Below are positions 62,537 through 64,000 of a stretch of DNA of 64,000 nt, piece by piece; within the stretch, counting starts at the first letter, position 1; each line of letters opens with the position of its first letter. Both the position numbers and the translations under genes were made by a program. Source of the DNA: Ranitomeya imitator (Eukaryota); NCBI RefSeq assembly GCF_032444005.1, contig NC_091284.1, forward strand, positions 37,510,001-37,574,000. Reading direction: 5' to 3'. A model generated the notes under the pieces. The model was not told the origin of the DNA. It saw only the letters and a program-made list of their open reading frames with translations, and ran no database searches.

Positions 62537-63604
62537 TTAAACTAAGCCTGCATTTACACTGGCGCACTGGCAGTAGTTTTTAGCCTATTTACGCAGGCTG
62601 ACTGCACTTCCCTGCACACAGCGCGATCAGCAATACTAGATCCTTCTGTGCACATAAACTGTCATTGTTCTCAACAGCACAATGTGCTGGCGATAAAGAT
62701 GGTTTTTAAGCTTAACTAGTTCAATACCAGGCCATTTCACGATCAAGCACATTTGTCGAGTCCTTTCATAAGTGTGGTTTTAAGAGCTGTACAAAATTTT
62801 CTAGCTCAGGTATTCAAACAATTTTTGCCTTTTTTCGTGTTACATGAGGCTTAATTTTATGTAATTTTGATTTACAGTATTTATTTATTATTAGACAAGA
62901 TGAGCAAAAATGTAAAAAAAAAAGAAACTTGCTTGTCTTTCAAATTTTTTTTATTCCCAAAAAGTACCACTAATATTCATCTCAAATTGTGCTGCCCTAT
63001 CCCGTAATAATATCTTTTATGGCGGGGCTAGAAACAGCAATGCAGACTGGCAGGGTCTTTTTTTATTTTATTTTTTCAGTTTTTTTTTTTTTTTTAATCT
63101 TTCCCTGTTTTTTTTTTTTAAATTATCTTACTTGTCATTTTGTTTCACACATTGTGCCCTCCCCCATAAGGTTCATAAGACCTTTGGGGGCATTGCAAAA
63201 TGTAAAAAATGCTATATCTGGTTTTCTCTGTAAATGGGGCTGGTATATTGGACCCAGTTACAGGGTAAATTCAGATTCCTGTCTGTACCGAAGAGCTGAT
63301 GTGGGTCGATCTTGTAGTACTGTTGTAGCTGTTTGCGTTCTGACCCAATGTCAGACATGACAGATCACCAGTGAGGCCAAATCAGGAGGTTACGCCCGTC
63401 ATTTTACAAGCGCGCTTAGAGACAAAGGACACCTCACACATATTCTGTGAGCAAGTCACTTTTATCTGATATAATGCAGCAAAAGGGAGTATTTTTTTTT
63501 ACCATTTACAACAAATGTAACTCTCAATGTAATTAATGTAGCCCCCACCATCACCCAGGGTCATACTGACCTTTATTCCTCACCACGTACAAAGAACATT
63601 TATA

Positions 63605-64000
63605 AAACCAAAAACACATGGGCCACCTGCATAGCGAACAAGTCTGTAGGAACCTGTTCACACCACCAAAGAACTTGAAAACACAAAAGCGCACAGAGAG
63701 GTAAAAAAATACTCTGTTGTAAAAAAAGTCACAGTAAATAAGCAAGTGCTAGTCAAAAAATGAAAAAATACAGGGTATTTAGTTAATACGTTTTTTTGCA
63801 AAAAAAAAGTATGTTAAGCTGCTCCACCAATCGCCAAGGTATACCCATAATAGAGCAGTCCTGTCTAATGTATATAATCCCTATCTGATGTATTTAAAAA
63901 CCTGATCATCTGTATAGTACCTGTATGAACAGGGCTGAGAGAGAAAATATCCACGTTGAACATGCGAGATGGAACAGCTACATGCATGCTGTTCCATCTC
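63605..64000. repeat. Unclassified dispersed repeat, copy 2 (runs off the window)
   Basis: Aligns to 8809-9103 and continues into a 13-bp hairpin at 63966-64000. Confidence 0.8.

Overview
Vertebrate repeat-dense DNA, most likely an anuran frog (inferred from the mix of Tc1, T2/Kolobok and Harbinger MITEs, L2, V-SINE, Ngaro and Neptune elements). No host gene, rRNA, tRNA or CRISPR array can be supported. In order: (1) 12-5548, a Neptune-clade Penelope-like retroelement (RT + GIY-YIG) with a 1.76-kb inverted duplication, a >=11-bp TSD and a hammerhead ribozyme in each arm; (2) a Passport-like DD34E Tc1, a CR1 3' end and a V-SINE; (3) a DD35E Traveler-type Tc1 split by an L2, itself split by a solo LTR; (4) several palindromic MITEs and a 6.8-kb modular minisatellite with 303-bp and 1623-bp periods; (5) a 25.5-kb hAT-bounded composite (31280-56757, 16-bp TIR, 8-bp TSD). 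This composite holds a full Gypsy provirus with a -1 frameshift signal, a piggyBac-type insert in its pol gene, and a 6.25-kb tandem duplication of a Tc1 that carries a ~290-bp hammerhead/octamer/CTCF retrozyme-like module, all inside a 20-bp AATAAA-containing satellite; (6) a Ngaro-type YR + SGNH remnant and more MITEs and satellites. All alignments, counts and identity estimates were done by eye.
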